From the NCBI RefSeq assembly GCF_033153115.1, contig NW_026889751.1:31372001-31436000 (forward strand): a DNA stretch of 64,000 nucleotides. The letters run 5' to 3'. The number at the start of each line of letters is the position of its first letter. The stretch's first letter is position 1. Shown piece by piece: positions 1-12,989 of the stretch. The translations under genes and the position numbers were made by a program. The stretch is from Saccostrea echinata (taxonomy: Eukaryota). The notes below the pieces were generated by a model. The model was not told where the DNA came from. It did no database searches and worked only from the letters and a program-made list of their open reading frames with translations.

Positions 1-59
1 TGCTTATGAAAAATATACTTTTGAAATGTACTCTGTTTTATACCCGTGGATGGAGGTAG

Positions 60-460
60 AATTTATTTTGTGCGTATAACAGAGTCTGGCGCAGGTGATT
101 AATGAGGATTAATCTGAGAATTTTTGTGGAAATCTGTAAGAAGAGGTTGTTCTCTAACTGAATCTTGCTTGGGAAAAATGTGTGTTGGCTTTGTTTTAAT
201 ACAGATTACGATATTGTGTGGACAATACCCTCAAATTTGTAGGTAAGTTGAATTTCTCAGGAAATATTTTGTACCCGAGTAATACTATGACTTTTCCCAA
301 GGACATTTCGGTAACACAAGGATACGATTAGTTTATTTATATAACAAAATGTTAATAATTATTGTGTTAATCAGCTGCGCCGAAGCGATTTATATGAAAC
401 GCTTCAAAAAATTATAAATGACCGTCACGTGATCAACAAAGTCATGTAATATCATAACAA
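60..460. repeat. Interspersed non-autonomous repeat, with a second copy at ~49130-49520
   Basis: Collinear shared blocks: ctaactgaat(c/t)ttgct, gt(a/g)ggtaa(g/a)ttgaatttctc..gaaatatttt, ccgtcacgtgatcaaca(a/c)agtcatgt. Boundaries are approximate. Confidence 0.6.
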
Positions 461-1056
461 ATATGCCAATATATAGCCGAGGAAACCCTTTATATAAATT
501 GGAAGTACTAAAGTTCAATACTTATAAATTAAAACCAAAACTGACCTCGCAATGACATATTATGTTTTGAGCGCATTTTAAAGCTTCGGGAAGCCTTAAC
601 ATAGCTGCGAAGATTCCCTAAGAATATATTTTTTTATTGTCTGTGAAACCATCTTAAGTTTTTAAAAATACTTTGTAGAATTTTGTAAAATTTGAAAAGA
701 AAAATGAACGTAATATTTTTCTCTGGTTGAATTTTGTTTGCTTTCTGTTTTCTACATGCTGTTTCATTTTATATTTTCCAATTTGCTTTAGTGTTTGTTC
801 TATGTTGTAGAGAATCAGCCGGATTCTGGTTGTTTGGGACCTCAGAAAAGTGCTAACAGGAGTTGGGCCTGTCTCGGTGAGTTGGACCATTCTGGTAAAG
901 ACAGAGTAAGCAATGGTGCATGTTGCGTAGCTGGGTGTAAAGATTATCGCGATGAGGTTAGTAATTGCATAGATTTTGCTGGTTGTAAGGTAATTAAAGG
1001 TGAAATGAGGTTCGAATCAAAATTTGCTTCGTCACATGTGTTAGTTATCTCCAAAA

Positions 1057-2371
1057 TGGATGATTTAAATGAGTTGAAATTATTTGGGGAGAGCTTAGGT
1101 CTTCAAGCTTCAGACCTGACAAATTTTATTAAAGAGCAGCAAGCTATACAGAGAGATGAAAGACAAGCTCAGAGAGAGAGTTAGATAAGATCAAAATAAA
1201 TTCTCAAACTGAGGTTGAAAGAGAGAGACTAAGTTTTGAGTTAGAGAGAGAGAAAATGAGAAATGATATTGAGAGAATGAAACTAGAACAAAAGCCTATT
1301 TTGTCAGAAGAGGCAAAGGTTACAGTAGGTCATGTTTTTCCCAAAACACCCAAACTCCCTTTCTTTGATGATTCTCATGATGAGATGGATAGCTTTCTCC
1401 TTAGATTTGAAAGATATGCTGAAGCTCAGCACTGGGATATACCAACCTGGGCTATAAATCTTAGTGCATTGTTGAAGGGAAAGGCTTTAGATGTGTATGC
1501 GTTGATGCTCAAAACTTATGCCCTTGATTACATTACTCTTAAGACCGCTTTATTGAAACGGCTTGAATTGACCGATGATGGTTTTAAAAAGAAATTTAGA
1601 TCATGTAGGCCAGATCAATGTGAAACCTTTTCTCAATTTGCTGTTCGATTGAGCAGTTATTTTGATAGGTGGATTGAAATGGCAAACAAAACATATGAAG
1701 GTTTGTATGATCTTATGTTACGAGATCAATTTCTGCATGTATGTAGTCAAGATCTGAGATTATTTTTGAAGGAGAGAATACCTGAGAGTTTAACGAGAAT
1801 GGCAAACCTAGCTGACCAGTACAAAGATGCCCGCGACTTAAGTGCGCTTCAAGCTGCAGGTAAGGGTAAGATTTCTTTGTCAAAAAAGGTCGATCAGGTA
1901 AAGAAAGTGGATGTTGGTGAGAACAAAAGTTCATCTTTTGATAAGAAAAGATTCATACCCAAGTCAGAGCGTAAGTGCTTTAAATGCCACAAAGTTGGAC
2001 ATTTTGTATCAGAGTGTAGGTCCAAAACAACTTTTAACAACGTGTCGCATGTTGTGCAGGACGTTGGATCTTCTGAGCAAAAGGTATGTTTTGTTAGCAC
2101 AATGCCCTCAGACTCTGTTATAGATTCCACTAAATCATCTTTTCCAACTACGTCATTTTCATCTTGCCAAAGGAGCTTAGCTTCTAGTATGCCGATATCT
2201 GCCGGATATGTTAAAAATGTACCAGTGACAGTTTTGAGATATACTGGTTACAGCGGTATTGTCATAAGGAGGAGTAAAATACAAGAGGAAGACCTAGTAC
2301 AAGGTAGGAAACAGACGTGTTCTAGCGGATGGTTCCAAAATAACTGTTCCGATTGCAGAGGTTTCCATTAA
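1057..2371 (+). pseudogene. gag: gag (SCAN-like capsid, CCHC zinc knuckle) and protease start of the Gmr1-like element
   Basis: FLLRFERYAEAQHW...LSALLKGKALDVY; SCAN-like KFRSCRP...LADQY; knuckle CFKCHKVGHFVSEC; protease site degenerate (VLRYTGYS for the DTG motif). Contains stops and frameshifts. Confidence 0.85.
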
Positions 2372-2656
2372 CACTCCCTTCCTGAAAGGACAGTATGAGG
2401 TATGGGTGCTTGGAGAATCCTGTGTACGACTTGATAGTTGGTAATGTCCCAGAGGCCAAGCCAGCGACTCAACTAGACCCATATTGGCAGGCAAATGCTG
2501 TTGAGACCCGACAACAGAAACGTAACAAGAGCAAACCATACGCTCAGCTTAAAGTGCCAACCATCATATCTGATGATCTTGATCCATTGAAAATTAGAAA
2601 TGCACAAGAGCAGGATGTTACTCTGAAAAAAAGTTCGTGAATATGTTGAGAATCAC

Positions 2657-3739
2657 GTGTCTCAGATGAAAAAAAATGGTAATGTGAGTTGGTTTAGGAA
2701 AAATGGACTTTTATTTAGACAATATACTACTCATACTGGAGGACAAGAAAAGGTGTATACCCAGTTGGTTGTTCCTGCAAAGTTTCGGGACCAGGTAATG
2801 AAGCTAGCGCATGACTCTTTGTTAGCAAGTCATTTGGGGACGCAGCAAACCTTAGCAAAAGTTACATTTGAATTCTTCTGGCCAGGGATGCAGAGTGAAG
2901 TGCGACGATACTGTCAGTCGTGTGACATATGTCAACGCACAGTTCACAAAGCTAAGGTACAGAAAGTGCCATTGGAACGAATGCCACTCATAGATGAACC
3001 CTTCCAGAGAGTTGCCGTCGATCTTGTTGAACCACTTTACCCAACCACAGACAAAGGTAACCGTTATATTTTGACTTTGGTAGATTATGCCACTCGCTAT
3101 CCCGAAGCTATAGCTTTACCCAACATCGAGACAGAGAGAGTTGCAGAGGCACTTATGGACATGTTCTCGAGGATCGGTATTCCCTGTGAGATTTTGACAG
3201 ACATGGGAACACAATTTACTTCTTCCCTTATGTCAGAGGTGAGTCGACTTATTTCTCTTCGGCAATGGACAACAACACCATATCATCCGAGTTGCAATGG
3301 ATTGGTAGAACGATTCAACGGAACTCTGAAACAAATGTTGAAGCGACTTTGTTCTGAAAAACCTAAAGATTGGGACAAGTACCTGAGTGCAGTTTTGTTC
3401 GCCTATAGAGAAGTTCCACAGGAAAGTCTTGGATTTTCTCCGTTCGAGCTTGTATATGGCAGATCAGTTCGTGGACCAATATCTATCTTGAAAGAGTTCT
3501 GGACCACATATCAATACGTCCTGGATCTAAAAGACAGACTTCAATCTATGGCAGACTTAACCAAGGAGAGTTTAGAAAAGTCGTCTACCAGGTACATGTA
3601 TAAGAAAAACTATGACAGGAAAACGAGACATAGAAGTCTAAAGGTAGGAGAGAAAGCATTAGTTCTATTGCCAACTGAGAACAATAAGTTATTGCTTCAG
3701 TGGAAAGGACCGTTTGTAGTGACAAAGAGGGTAAATTAA
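2657..3739 (+). pseudogene. Retroviral-type integrase located upstream of RT
   Basis: HHCC (AHDSLLASHLG...CQSCDIC); DDE core (VAVDLV, LTDMG, NGLVERFNGTLK); GPF module (WKGPF). Confidence 0.92.
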
Positions 3740-3755
3740 GAGAGTAGATTATCAG

Positions 3756-5345
3756 TTGGATGTTCAAGGTAAGACGAAAAGGTTCCACATAAATCTATTA
3801 AAGAGGTATGTTGAGAGAACTTCTGATATGGTTTCGATGACGTGTGATGCAGGTGTACTTGGTTTGGTTAACGCATCAGTGGTTGATTGTGTAGATGACG
3901 AAAACCAAGAAGGCCAGTTAGACGAGTATCCTCAATCAAAGGTTAGTGGAAGTAATGTTAATATAAACCCTTCATTATCAACAGAGAACAGGGACAAGTT
4001 ATTGAAATTGTTGGGTCAGTACAGTGATGTTTCCCAAGACAAGCCAGGACTCACAAATGTCCTTGAGCACGACAGAAGAATGGCAAGTAGAAAACCCATT
4101 CATGTAAGAAGTCGTCAGATACCGTATTCTATGGAGGAGACAGTCAACAGGGAGGTAAGTGACATGTTGAGTGTGAACATTATTGAACCCTCCGACTCTC
4201 CGTATTGTTCACCCATCGTTATAGTGCCCAAGAAAGATGGAACAAATAGGTTTTGTACAGATTTTCGTCTGTTAAACAATTAGACTATATTTGATTCTGA
4301 ACCAATGCCTGACACTGACTAAATGTTTTCCAAACTTGCAGGTCACAAATTCTTTTCAAAAATCGATCTTTCAAAAGGATATTGGCAGGTAAAATTAACA
4401 GATGAAGCAAAACCAAAAACAGCTTTTAAAACGGGAAAAGGATTGTTCCAGTTTAGGGTGATGCCCTTCGGGTTGGTAACGACCCCCGCTACTTTCTCAA
4501 GGTTGATGCGCAAGGTTTTGCATGGTATGGAGAATGTAGACAATTTTATAGACGATATTTTGGTCTACACAAAGTCATTAGAACATCATTTTGTTGTATT
4601 GAATGAGCTTTTTCAGCGATTACGCCAAGCAGGTTTGACAGCCAAGCCTAGTAAATGTTCATTGGCTTATTCAAACATAGACTGCCTTGGACATATTGTG
4701 GGTAATGAGCAGTTGAAACCAGACTTAGACAAGGTTGATGCAAAACGTAATGCACCTGTCTAGCTTACCAAAAAGCAATTAAGGTCATTCCTTGGTTTAA
4801 TCGGGTTTTACCGTAAATTTGCGCCAAACTTTCCTCAGATTGCTTCACCTCTTACTGATTTGACTAGAAAAGGTTCTCCTACTAAGCTTCTTTGGGAAGA
4901 ATCTCATAATTTAGCATTTCAGACGTTGAAGAGTTCACTTACAAAGTGTCCCATTCTGAAACTTCCCAACATCAATGATACATTCATTCTACAGACAGAC
5001 GCTTCAGACAGAGGTCTGGGAGCAGTCCTCTTACAATGGGAACAAGGTCAAAAACTACCAACTGCATATGCTAGTAGGAAGCTTAAAGAGAGTGAGTGCA
5101 AGTATGCAACAGTTGAGAAAGAGTCCCTAGCAACAGTGTGGGCTATTCAAAAATTCCAAAACTATCTGTATGGGCAAGAGTTTGTGTTAGAAACGGACCA
5201 CAGTCCCCTTGCATATCTGAACAAGTCTAAGGTAACAAACCCAAGACGTGTGCGTTGGGCACTTAGCCTACAACCTTACAGGTTCAGAATTCAGGCCATT
5301 AGGGGCCAAGACAATGTGGGTGCTGACTACTTAGAGTCGTTTGTA
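3756..5345 (+). pseudogene. pol: Reverse transcriptase and RNase H of the Gmr1-like element
   Basis: SPYCSPIVIVPKKDG, KIDLSKGYWQ, VMPFGL, FIDD, QTDASDRGLGAVL, TDHSPL, NVGADYL. Several in-frame stops. Confidence 0.92.
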
Positions 5346-5436
5346 AATAAGTTATCTTCAGAGTATTCAAAAGTTCTTTTCGTGTATTTTAATGTGTATA
5401 TAAAGTACTGCGTACTTCTTTAAAAAGGGATATAAT

Positions 5437-6284
5437 TGTCAAATCAAAATCATCCTAGCATATTTTTGTTAATTTATTTTAAATTTTCATGTAAATATCC
5501 CGTGGGACACCCTTCCTTTTAAATGTTTTATTACTGTACATACCCTTCACTGAACCTCAATTCACTGGACCTTAAAACCCGCCAGTCCGTGCAAGTTTAG
5601 TTTGGACGCGGCAGTCCAGAGAGGAGGACGCCTTCATCTCCTCTCATATCTTTGTTTTTATACAAGTATGTACCCTGCGATTCATGGCAGTGCTTGCTCT
5701 GGTGTGATATTATTTTTAGCAGTGTAATGGTCCAGCTTTTCTAAGGTAAGGCTTATATTTATAATTCTATTTTAGTTATTTCTTACAAATTATTCATTTG
5801 TCCTAAAACATCCAGTCACCGCATTTCTCATCAGTTTTAGCATGTATATTTTGTTTAATGTGATTACTATATATAGCAACACGTATTTGAATATTTCAAA
5901 GTACGGTGTACAATTTCTGTCATAATAGTTTGTCCGTAAAGTAGCAATTCGCAATTTTGCATTTGTGTAAGAGTTGTATGTATAATTTAAACAACTCATG
6001 AGTGTAATTGAGTCTTATCTAAGACGTGTCCATTATCTATAGATCTGATAATGAGTGTAATGTGTATTTGTGTAAAGCCACTAGAGCTTGTAAGTAAAAC
6101 TTGTATTTATATGTTGGAGCAGGTTCCATCCATACGTCAGAGTTTTTTGTACAACAGTGAGGCCACCCAGTGCCTAAAGTCCGCCCATGGCGTGTAGTAG
6201 ATAGGCCAGCCAGCCTTGGAACCTAGAGTCCATCCTCCAGCCTGTGAGGTGGAAAAGCCAGCGGCGAGACGGGAAATTACGACA
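5437..6284 (+). repeat. 3' LTR of the Gmr1-like element
   Basis: Starts TGTCA shortly after the purine tract aaaaaggga and ends ttacGACA (TGTC...GACA inverted termini). No second LTR is available to confirm the ends. Confidence 0.65.
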
Positions 6285-6364
6285 AACAACAACAATGACA
6301 TTTGTATATAGTATCATCATTCATTAAAGATGTAAATTGTAAAAAAAAAAGCATTTGAGTTGTA

Positions 6365-7200
6365 TTTATACCCGCATTTTCTAAAGAAAGTTCGGGTATA
6401 TTGTTGTAACTCATGTCTGTCCGTCCGTCCGTCCGTCCGTCTGTCACACTCTTCTTTCTCAAATTCCTCTTACATTTTACAAAGTAGCCTAATCATCTTT
6501 TGGGAGATGGTTGGTGGTGTCATGTAGATATGCAGTAAGGTTTTGCAATTTTCATTTTCTTAATGGGGGTCAAATGGAGGTCAAAAAATGACGTTTTTTA
6601 TGCAAAAAGCCCCTGGTTCCCAGAACTCCTTACATTTTACACAGTAACCTAACCATCTTTTGGGAGATGGTTGGTGGTGTCATGTAGATGTGCAGTAAGG
6701 TTTTGCAATTCTCATTTTCACCCTAGGGGTCAAATGGGGGTCGAAAAATGATGTTTTTTTTATGAAAAAAGCCCCTGGTTCCTAGAACTCCTCTTACATT
6801 TTACACAGTAGCCTAATCATCTTTTGGGAGATGGTTGGTGGTGTCATGTAGATGTGCAGTAAGGTTTTGGAATTTTCATTTTCACCCTGGGGTCAATCAG
6901 GGGTAAAAAAAAAAAATAACGTTTTTATGCAAAAAGCCCATGGTTCCCAGAACTCCTCTTACATTTTACACAGTAGCCTAATCAACTTTTGGGAGAGGGT
7001 TGGTAGTGTCCTATAGATGTGCAGTAAGGTTTCGGAATTTTTATTTTCCCCCTGGGGGTCAAATGGGGATCAAATTTTTTTAAAAAAATATTTAACATGT
7101 TTAAACACCCTGGTTCCCAGAACTTCCCTTATATTTTATGCACTAGCCTTAAATCATGATCATTTGGAAGATGATTGATTTTATCCTGTGGATGTGTAAA
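6365..7200. mobile_element. Helentron-associated non-autonomous element (HINE-like) with a ~163-bp tandem satellite
   Basis: tttatacccgca end, (GTCC)n microsatellite at 6416-6445, then about 5 units of cttacattttacacagtagcctaatcatc...gtgcagtaaggtttt. A related copy lies in the opposite orientation at ~24560-24960. Confidence 0.75.
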
Positions 7201-7927
7201 ATGGTTTTCAAATTTGCATTTCCATGTGGATAGCAAATAGGGGCAGGAAAAAAATGGCCCCTCCCTAACCCATGGGGTCATGATTTGTACAAACTTGAAT
7301 CTACACTTCTTGGGAATGTTTCCATATCAATCATGCTTTTGTTGTTCTTAAAAGAAGAATTTTGAAGATTTTTTTCCTTTTTTTCCTATATAAAACTTTG
7401 ATCCCTTATTGTGGCCTGACCCTATCCTTGGGGGTCATGATTTGAAAACTAGAAATATGTCCATAGGACATAAATGCACCGCTGAATGTATACTACTAAT
7501 GCAACATGAAAATTTGTATGAGTGTATGAAGTTTGATGAGAATATCTTGAACAGTTTCTTTAAAATTGAAACTAAAATCTAAAAAAAATGGATATAGATG
7601 ATAAATTCTCACCAAATTATGTATAAGTGCATGCTTACATAAAAATATCTTAGATTGTTTCTTTAAAACTAACCAAAATACAAATTAAAGAGAAGGGAGG
7701 TCAAGGTCACAGGAAAGTGCAAGGTGAAAAGTTTTTGATGCAGTTGAATAGCTCTCACTAATACATATCAGCATATTAGTTTTGATAAAAATATCTTGAA
7801 TGATTTATTTAAAACTGAGCTTAACATTTATTTGAGAAAAGAGAGGTCAAGGTCAAAGGATAGGTTGAGGTCAAAATGTTGTTGCAGTTGAAAAGCTTTT
7901 ATCAGTAAGTATTTACTATTAGCATAT

Positions 7928-8058
7928 TGTTGATATGCCTAACAGGGCTTATAATTGATGAAACATCTCTGAGGTTGACACAACGTTTATTCAAGCATGG
8001 CGTCTCTTAAACATAACAAAATTATGAGCATTCCACGCCCGATCACAATACATCAACA
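7928..8058 (-). repeat. 3' LTR (131 bp)
   Basis: Direct repeat of 12404-12536, differing by 3 substitutions and one 2-bp indel. Adjacent to the PPT. Confidence 0.97.
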
Positions 8059-8183
8059 TCCCCCCTTCTGAGAAAGATGTACACAATGTAAACACTAAAA
8101 CTAAACATTTCCCAAATGAATGATCAATAACTGTGAACAAACTTCTTTACAAAATAATCAAATAGAATTAAACAGTATCTTAA

Positions 8184-11100
8184 TCAATTTTGTACATAGT
8201 CTTTCAAGTATGCTGGTTTCCTACGAATCCTTGTCGACGGTTCACGCGATATTGGCATTGCACGAGTATCTGGTATAATATCCTTGTAAGAAGGCTTGCT
8301 GACGACAGTTTCTGAAATCGAGTTTGGAACGCTATGTTGTTCATTCGAGCCTGCAACTACCGGTATCCGTTTGCTGGACATACACTCGCTTGTTGGTTCA
8401 CTAACTGGTTTTGGAAATTCACAGAGTTCACGTTTGTTGATTGGTTCTTCACGAACTGGAGATTGTTCACGAATATGGGTCTGTATTTTAGTTGGTCTAA
8501 AATGAATTCGGTTCCTTCGATATTCGACTCCTTGTTGGTCTGCAATAACGTATGTTCTCTGTCCAAGTATTTGGATCACTTTCCCAAGCTTCCAGTTTTG
8601 TCCTTCCCGGTGTTGGAAATAAACGGACTGTCCAATATCGACTTCAGGTAAGTTTCGTGCATTTTTGTCATGCGATTTCTTCACGGAAATCTGTCTGGAT
8701 CTGTGTTTGGATTTTGCTATTCCAAAATCATTGCTCACTCGAGATCTCATTGGGAGTGTAGCACGTATCTCTCTGTTGAACATCATCTGTGCTGGGCTTA
8801 GACCAGTATCCTGTCTTGGGGTACAACGTTGTTCAAGTAACGCTTCATACGGGTCTGTCCCATCCTCCTGTGTTTTTATCATCAGTGTTTTGATGATCTT
8901 CACTGCCGATTCAGCCTTTCCGTTTGCTTGCTGATGCATCGGAGATGAGAATTTGTGGTCGATCTTCCAGGTCTTCACAAAATCCTGAAACTCTTGACAT
9001 CTAAATTGTGGTCCACCATCCGAAATTATAACGTTTGGTATGCCAAATCTGGAGAACTGTTTCTTAAGCAACGAAATCACTCTTGTGCTTGTTGTTGTTG
9101 GAAGGTAATCTACCTCAATAAAATTGGAAAAATAGTCTACTGAAACCATGTAGTGTTTTCCTTGTATCTCAAATAAATCTAGTCCAATTTTCTGCCAGGG
9201 AAATTCACATGTTGAATGCTGAATTAAAAGTTCCTTACAATTTCTGGGTTTTCTTTCCTGACAAATCCCACAATAATCCGCAATCTGTTTTATATCGGAT
9301 TTCATCCCAGGCCAGAATATCACACCACGAGCTCTCCTAATCATACTGTCATATCCTAGGTGTGCTTTATGTAATCGAATCTTCATATCTGATCTAAGTG
9401 TCTTCGGAATGACGACTGCTTCACCTTTCAAAATGAGTCCATCTTCAATGCTTAGAGTGTCACGAAAATCGAAATAATGACGCACACTTGTTGGTAGATC
9501 TTGTTTGTTTTCAGGCCATCCATTAGCTATGGTGTTGACCAATGTTTGCATTTCTGCATCTTTAGCTGTTATATCGCGAATTTCTTGGATCCTGATATCT
9601 GGTATGTCATTATCCATTAATGTTGAAACAGATAGAATCCTGTGACGCTCATCCACACTTCCTTCTGTAGTCATGAGAAAAGCTCTGCTTAGCGTATCCG
9701 CTATCACAAGGTTAACTCCTTTCTTAAATACGAATTCTACGTCATATCTGAAGTAACGCATCATAATGTCTTGCAATCTTTTAGGTGCCTATCCTAATGG
9801 TTTGCGCAATATAGCAGATAATGGTTTATGATCGTTATGAATGAAAACTTTCCTTCCATAAGTGTACTGATCAAAACGTTCAAGTCCATAGAGAACAGAT
9901 AAAGCTTCCTTCTCTATCTGAGCCCATTTTCTCTCTGCCTGTGTAAGAGCTCTTGATGCGTACTCGACCGGCTTTCCATCTTGGAGTAGTACGGCACCAA
10001 TTCCTTCTTTGCTGCTGTCGACTTGCAGTGTGACATCCTTTGATGGATCAAAATAAGCTAGAACCGGTGTTTCCGTCAATTTACGTTTCATTGTCTGAAA
10101 TGCTGACTCGCATTTGCTGTCCCAGTTCCACTTTTGGTCTTTACGGGTAAGTAGTCGTAACGGTTCCAATATCTTTGACAAATCTTGTAGAAATTTCGAC
10201 ATGTATTGAACCATTCCACATAAGCGTTTGATTCCAGAGACATCAGTCGGTGCTGGCATTTCAAGGATAGCTTTCACTTTACTTTCATCAACCTTGATAC
10301 CATCCTTCGAAATTTTGTGTCCATGAAATGAAATTTCACGAAGTCCGGATTCTTCCTTATCCTTATTTAGTGTGATGTGTCTCTCTTCACATCTCTGAAG
10401 AACTTTTTGCATCTTGAGTTCATTGTCACGTTTTGCTGCTTCTTCACTGTCACCACATCCTGCAATAATAATGTCATCGACAATGCTAAAAACACCTTCC
10501 AGTCCCGATAATGCTTCGTCTAACCGTCGCTGGAAGATTTCACTCGACACTTTCAATCCGAAAGGTAAACGAGCCCACCTGTATCTCCCGAATGGCGTTA
10601 TCATAGTTGTAAGTTTGCTCGATTCGTCATCAAGGCGAACGTGCCAAAAAGCTTCTTTAACGTCAAGTTTGCTGAATACCTTAGCATTTGTAAGCTTTGG
10701 AAGTACGTCATCTAATACAGGTAATCTGTAGTACTCTCGTATCAGAGCTGTGTTCAGAGGTTGTGGATCTATACAAACTCGCAATTTTACGTCTGACTTG
10801 TGAGCAACTGCCATCTGACTAACCCACATAGTTGGTTCTGTAATTGGTATTAAAACACCTCGATCAACAAGTCTATCAATTTCCAGCTTCACTGAGTCCT
10901 GGATAGCAATCGGTATTTTCCTGCACGGAAGTACTTTGGGTTGAATACTTGGGTCAACTTTCAGAGTTGCAATGCCCAAATCACTAAGAGACTGTTCTAA
11001 TCCAACTTTTGATATGAACTTTTCACTGTTCACAGTCACAAGTCCCATGTCCTGAATTGCATCCATGCCAAGTAGACAGGTAAGATTATTTTGCACTACT

Positions 11101-12224
11101 ACAAATCTAAGTTTCTGAACTATGTTGGAGCGCATATTGATCACATCAAGATCAGCTTCACCCAAGGGTTTCATACGAGTATTGTTCCACATGTTTAGAC
11201 GAACATTAGATGAACGACACTGTTCTTTTTTCACATACTTCTGACAAATAGTATTTACATCAGCTGCACTGTCGAGCTGGAAACGTATGTCGCAATTATT
11301 TACATTCATTATCGCAGTGATGTCTTTGCTATGTGTGTCTTTGTTTTTCAACGCAAGGAGCCAACTGTCTTCCAACTCTGGACTGTCTTCATTGTCTTCA
11401 CCTACAGCATGTATTTTCTTACATCTGGACTTAAAATGATTTCGTCCGTTGCACTTGTCACATCTCTTGCCCCATGCTGGACAATTTGATTTACCATGTT
11501 CATGTTTATAACCACAGAAATCACACTCTTTCTTTTCCTTGCTCGAAGGCTGTGAATCACTTTTCTGTTTATGTGTCACTTTGTGCTTGGTGAAGTTTTT
11601 CTGTCTTTTGTTTGTAGATAGTTTATTCACCTTGCTCGATGAAGTAATGTTTTCTCGAAGCTCTTTCACATGTATGTTTGACTGTTCAAATGCCCTACAT
11701 ATCTGAATTGCTCTGTTCAACGTCAGTTTGTCTTCTCTTAAAAGTAGTTCTTGTAGCTTACCCGTAGCTGTAAATACAATCTTGTCACGCATCATCCTCT
11801 CCTGTTCCATGAAATTACACGATGCTGCACGTGTCCTTAATTCTGTAAGGAATTTGTCAAAAGGTTCCTGATAAGGTAACTTCCAAAATCTGTGAGACTC
11901 TAACACTTCATTGGAACGAGGATTACAATAAGCTTGTAGCTTCTCATATAACTTAGCAGGGTCATTCTTATGAGATTCGTCTTCCCACTGAAATTGGTCA
12001 TATATCTCGACTACATGAGGTCCACCACAACTCAAAATAATTGCTACTTGTACCTCTTTACTCTTGTCGATTCCTCCTGAAGCTGACATGTAAACTTCAA
12101 CTTGTCTTTTCCACTTTTTGTAGTTCTCGGAAACATTTCCAGAGGATAACTCAAGTTGGGGAGGTAATCTAAACGGACAATTGTACACCTGTACAGGTCC
12201 TACAGCTTGTTCCTGATCAACCAT
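8184..12224 (-). pseudogene. gag-pol: gag-pol polyprotein (gag, double zinc knuckle, protease, RT, RNase H, integrase) with one in-frame TAG
   Basis: ORFs 9789-12269 and 8184-9776 are in the same frame and read KPLG*APKRLQ across the stop. Motifs: CDFCGYKH...CDKCNGRNHFKSRC, LDSAA, IVDDI, VDSSKEGIG, HKAHLG...CGIC, ISDGGPQF, NGKAE. Confidence 0.93.
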
Positions 12225-12389
12225 TCCGAATAAAAATCTAAGGCTACTGAGTATCAAGTCTGAATCCAATGTGGCGGTTGTTTACAGAGCACGTGTTGAC
12301 AACAAAATTCAAAGTTTGACACTAAAAACTTACAAGAGTTCACGGAACATCACTTTCAGGGACGACCGGTAACACTAACAACAAGTTTG

Positions 12390-12403
12390 CACCGCTGTCA
12401 CCA
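12390..12403 (-). promoter_or_regulatory. Primer-binding site, tRNA-Leu-like
   Basis: TGGTGACAGCGGTG lies directly after the 5' LTR. It is one mismatch from the complement of the tRNA-Leu(AAG) 3' end as I recall it (TGGTGGCAGCGGTG). Confidence 0.75.
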
Positions 12404-12536
12404 TGTTGATATGCCTAACAGGGCTTATAATTGATGAAACATCTCTGAGGTTGACACAACGTTCATTCAAGCATATGGCGTCTCTTAAACATAACAAAAT
12501 TATGAGCATTCCGCGCCTGATCACAATACATCAACA
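12404..12536 (-). repeat. 5' LTR (133 bp)
   Basis: Direct repeat of 7928-8058. Followed on the minus strand by the PBS. Confidence 0.97.
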
Positions 12537-12989
12537 CATATGAAGTTCGATAAAAATATCATAAATGGTTTATTTAAAACGTAGATAAACACTAATTTAA
12601 AAAAGTAAGGTCGAGGTCAAAGGAAAAGTCACGGTCAAAAAAGTTGATGCAATTGATAGCTCTCAGCAGTATATATCAGCATATGAAGTTTGATAAATGT
12701 ATCTTGAATTGTTTATTCAAAACTGATCTAGACACTAATTTAAGAAAAGTAAGGTCAAGGTCAAAGGAAAGGTCAAGATCAAAAAGGTTGATGCAGTTGA
12801 AAAGCTTGCATCAGTATGTATCAGCATATCACGTTTGATTGAAGTCGGACTTACAAACTCTATATGCCTCGGCCATATTCATGGCAGGGCATAAAAAACT
12901 TGAATCTACACTATATGAGGATGTTTCCATAACAAAATGACTAACAAGCAAATTCAAAGAATTGTGGTCCCCTGCTTTCCGTGTCCTAG

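Larger units (their letters stand above)
650..6284 (+). mobile_element. Degraded Gmr1-clade Ty3/Gypsy LTR retrotransposon (gag-PR-INT-RT-RNaseH); 5' LTR not seen
   Basis: ORF fragments occur in the order SCAN-like capsid/CCHC, protease, integrase, RT (FIDD), RNase H. A purine tract at 5422-5430 precedes a TG...CA LTR. The 5' boundary is approximate. Confidence 0.9.
7928..12536 (-). mobile_element. Full-length Mag-clade (Steamer-like) Ty3/Gypsy LTR retrotransposon
   Basis: LTRs 7928-8058 and 12404-12536 (TGTTGA...TCAACA); 5-bp TSD CATAT at 7923-7927 and 12537-12541; primer-binding site (PBS) TGGTGACAGCGGTG; polypurine tract (PPT) AGAAGGGGGGA; single gag-pol frame. Confidence 0.97.
7447..12897. 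mobile_element. HINE-like element (ggtcaaggtca tandem units) hosting the Mag/Steamer-like retrotransposon
   Basis: Splits the satellite motif catgatttgaa|aaacttgaatctacac. Ends with a hairpin followed by ataaaa (tgcctcggccatattcatggcagggcataaaa). Internal ~130-140-bp units resume on both sides of the LTR element. Confidence 0.6.

Noticed and set aside
795-1056. N-terminal extension of gag in ORF 795-1184
   Set aside because: Uses a non-ATG start and looks like leader sequence. Recognisable gag begins at MDDLNELK.
9777-9791. Programmed readthrough at the TAG in the Steamer-like ORF
   Set aside because: The stop lies inside RNase H rather than at the gag-pol boundary, and a CAG>TAG change explains it.
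8296-10731. Plus-strand short ORFs overlapping the gag-pol
   Set aside because: Antisense shadows of the coding strand with no recognisable motifs.
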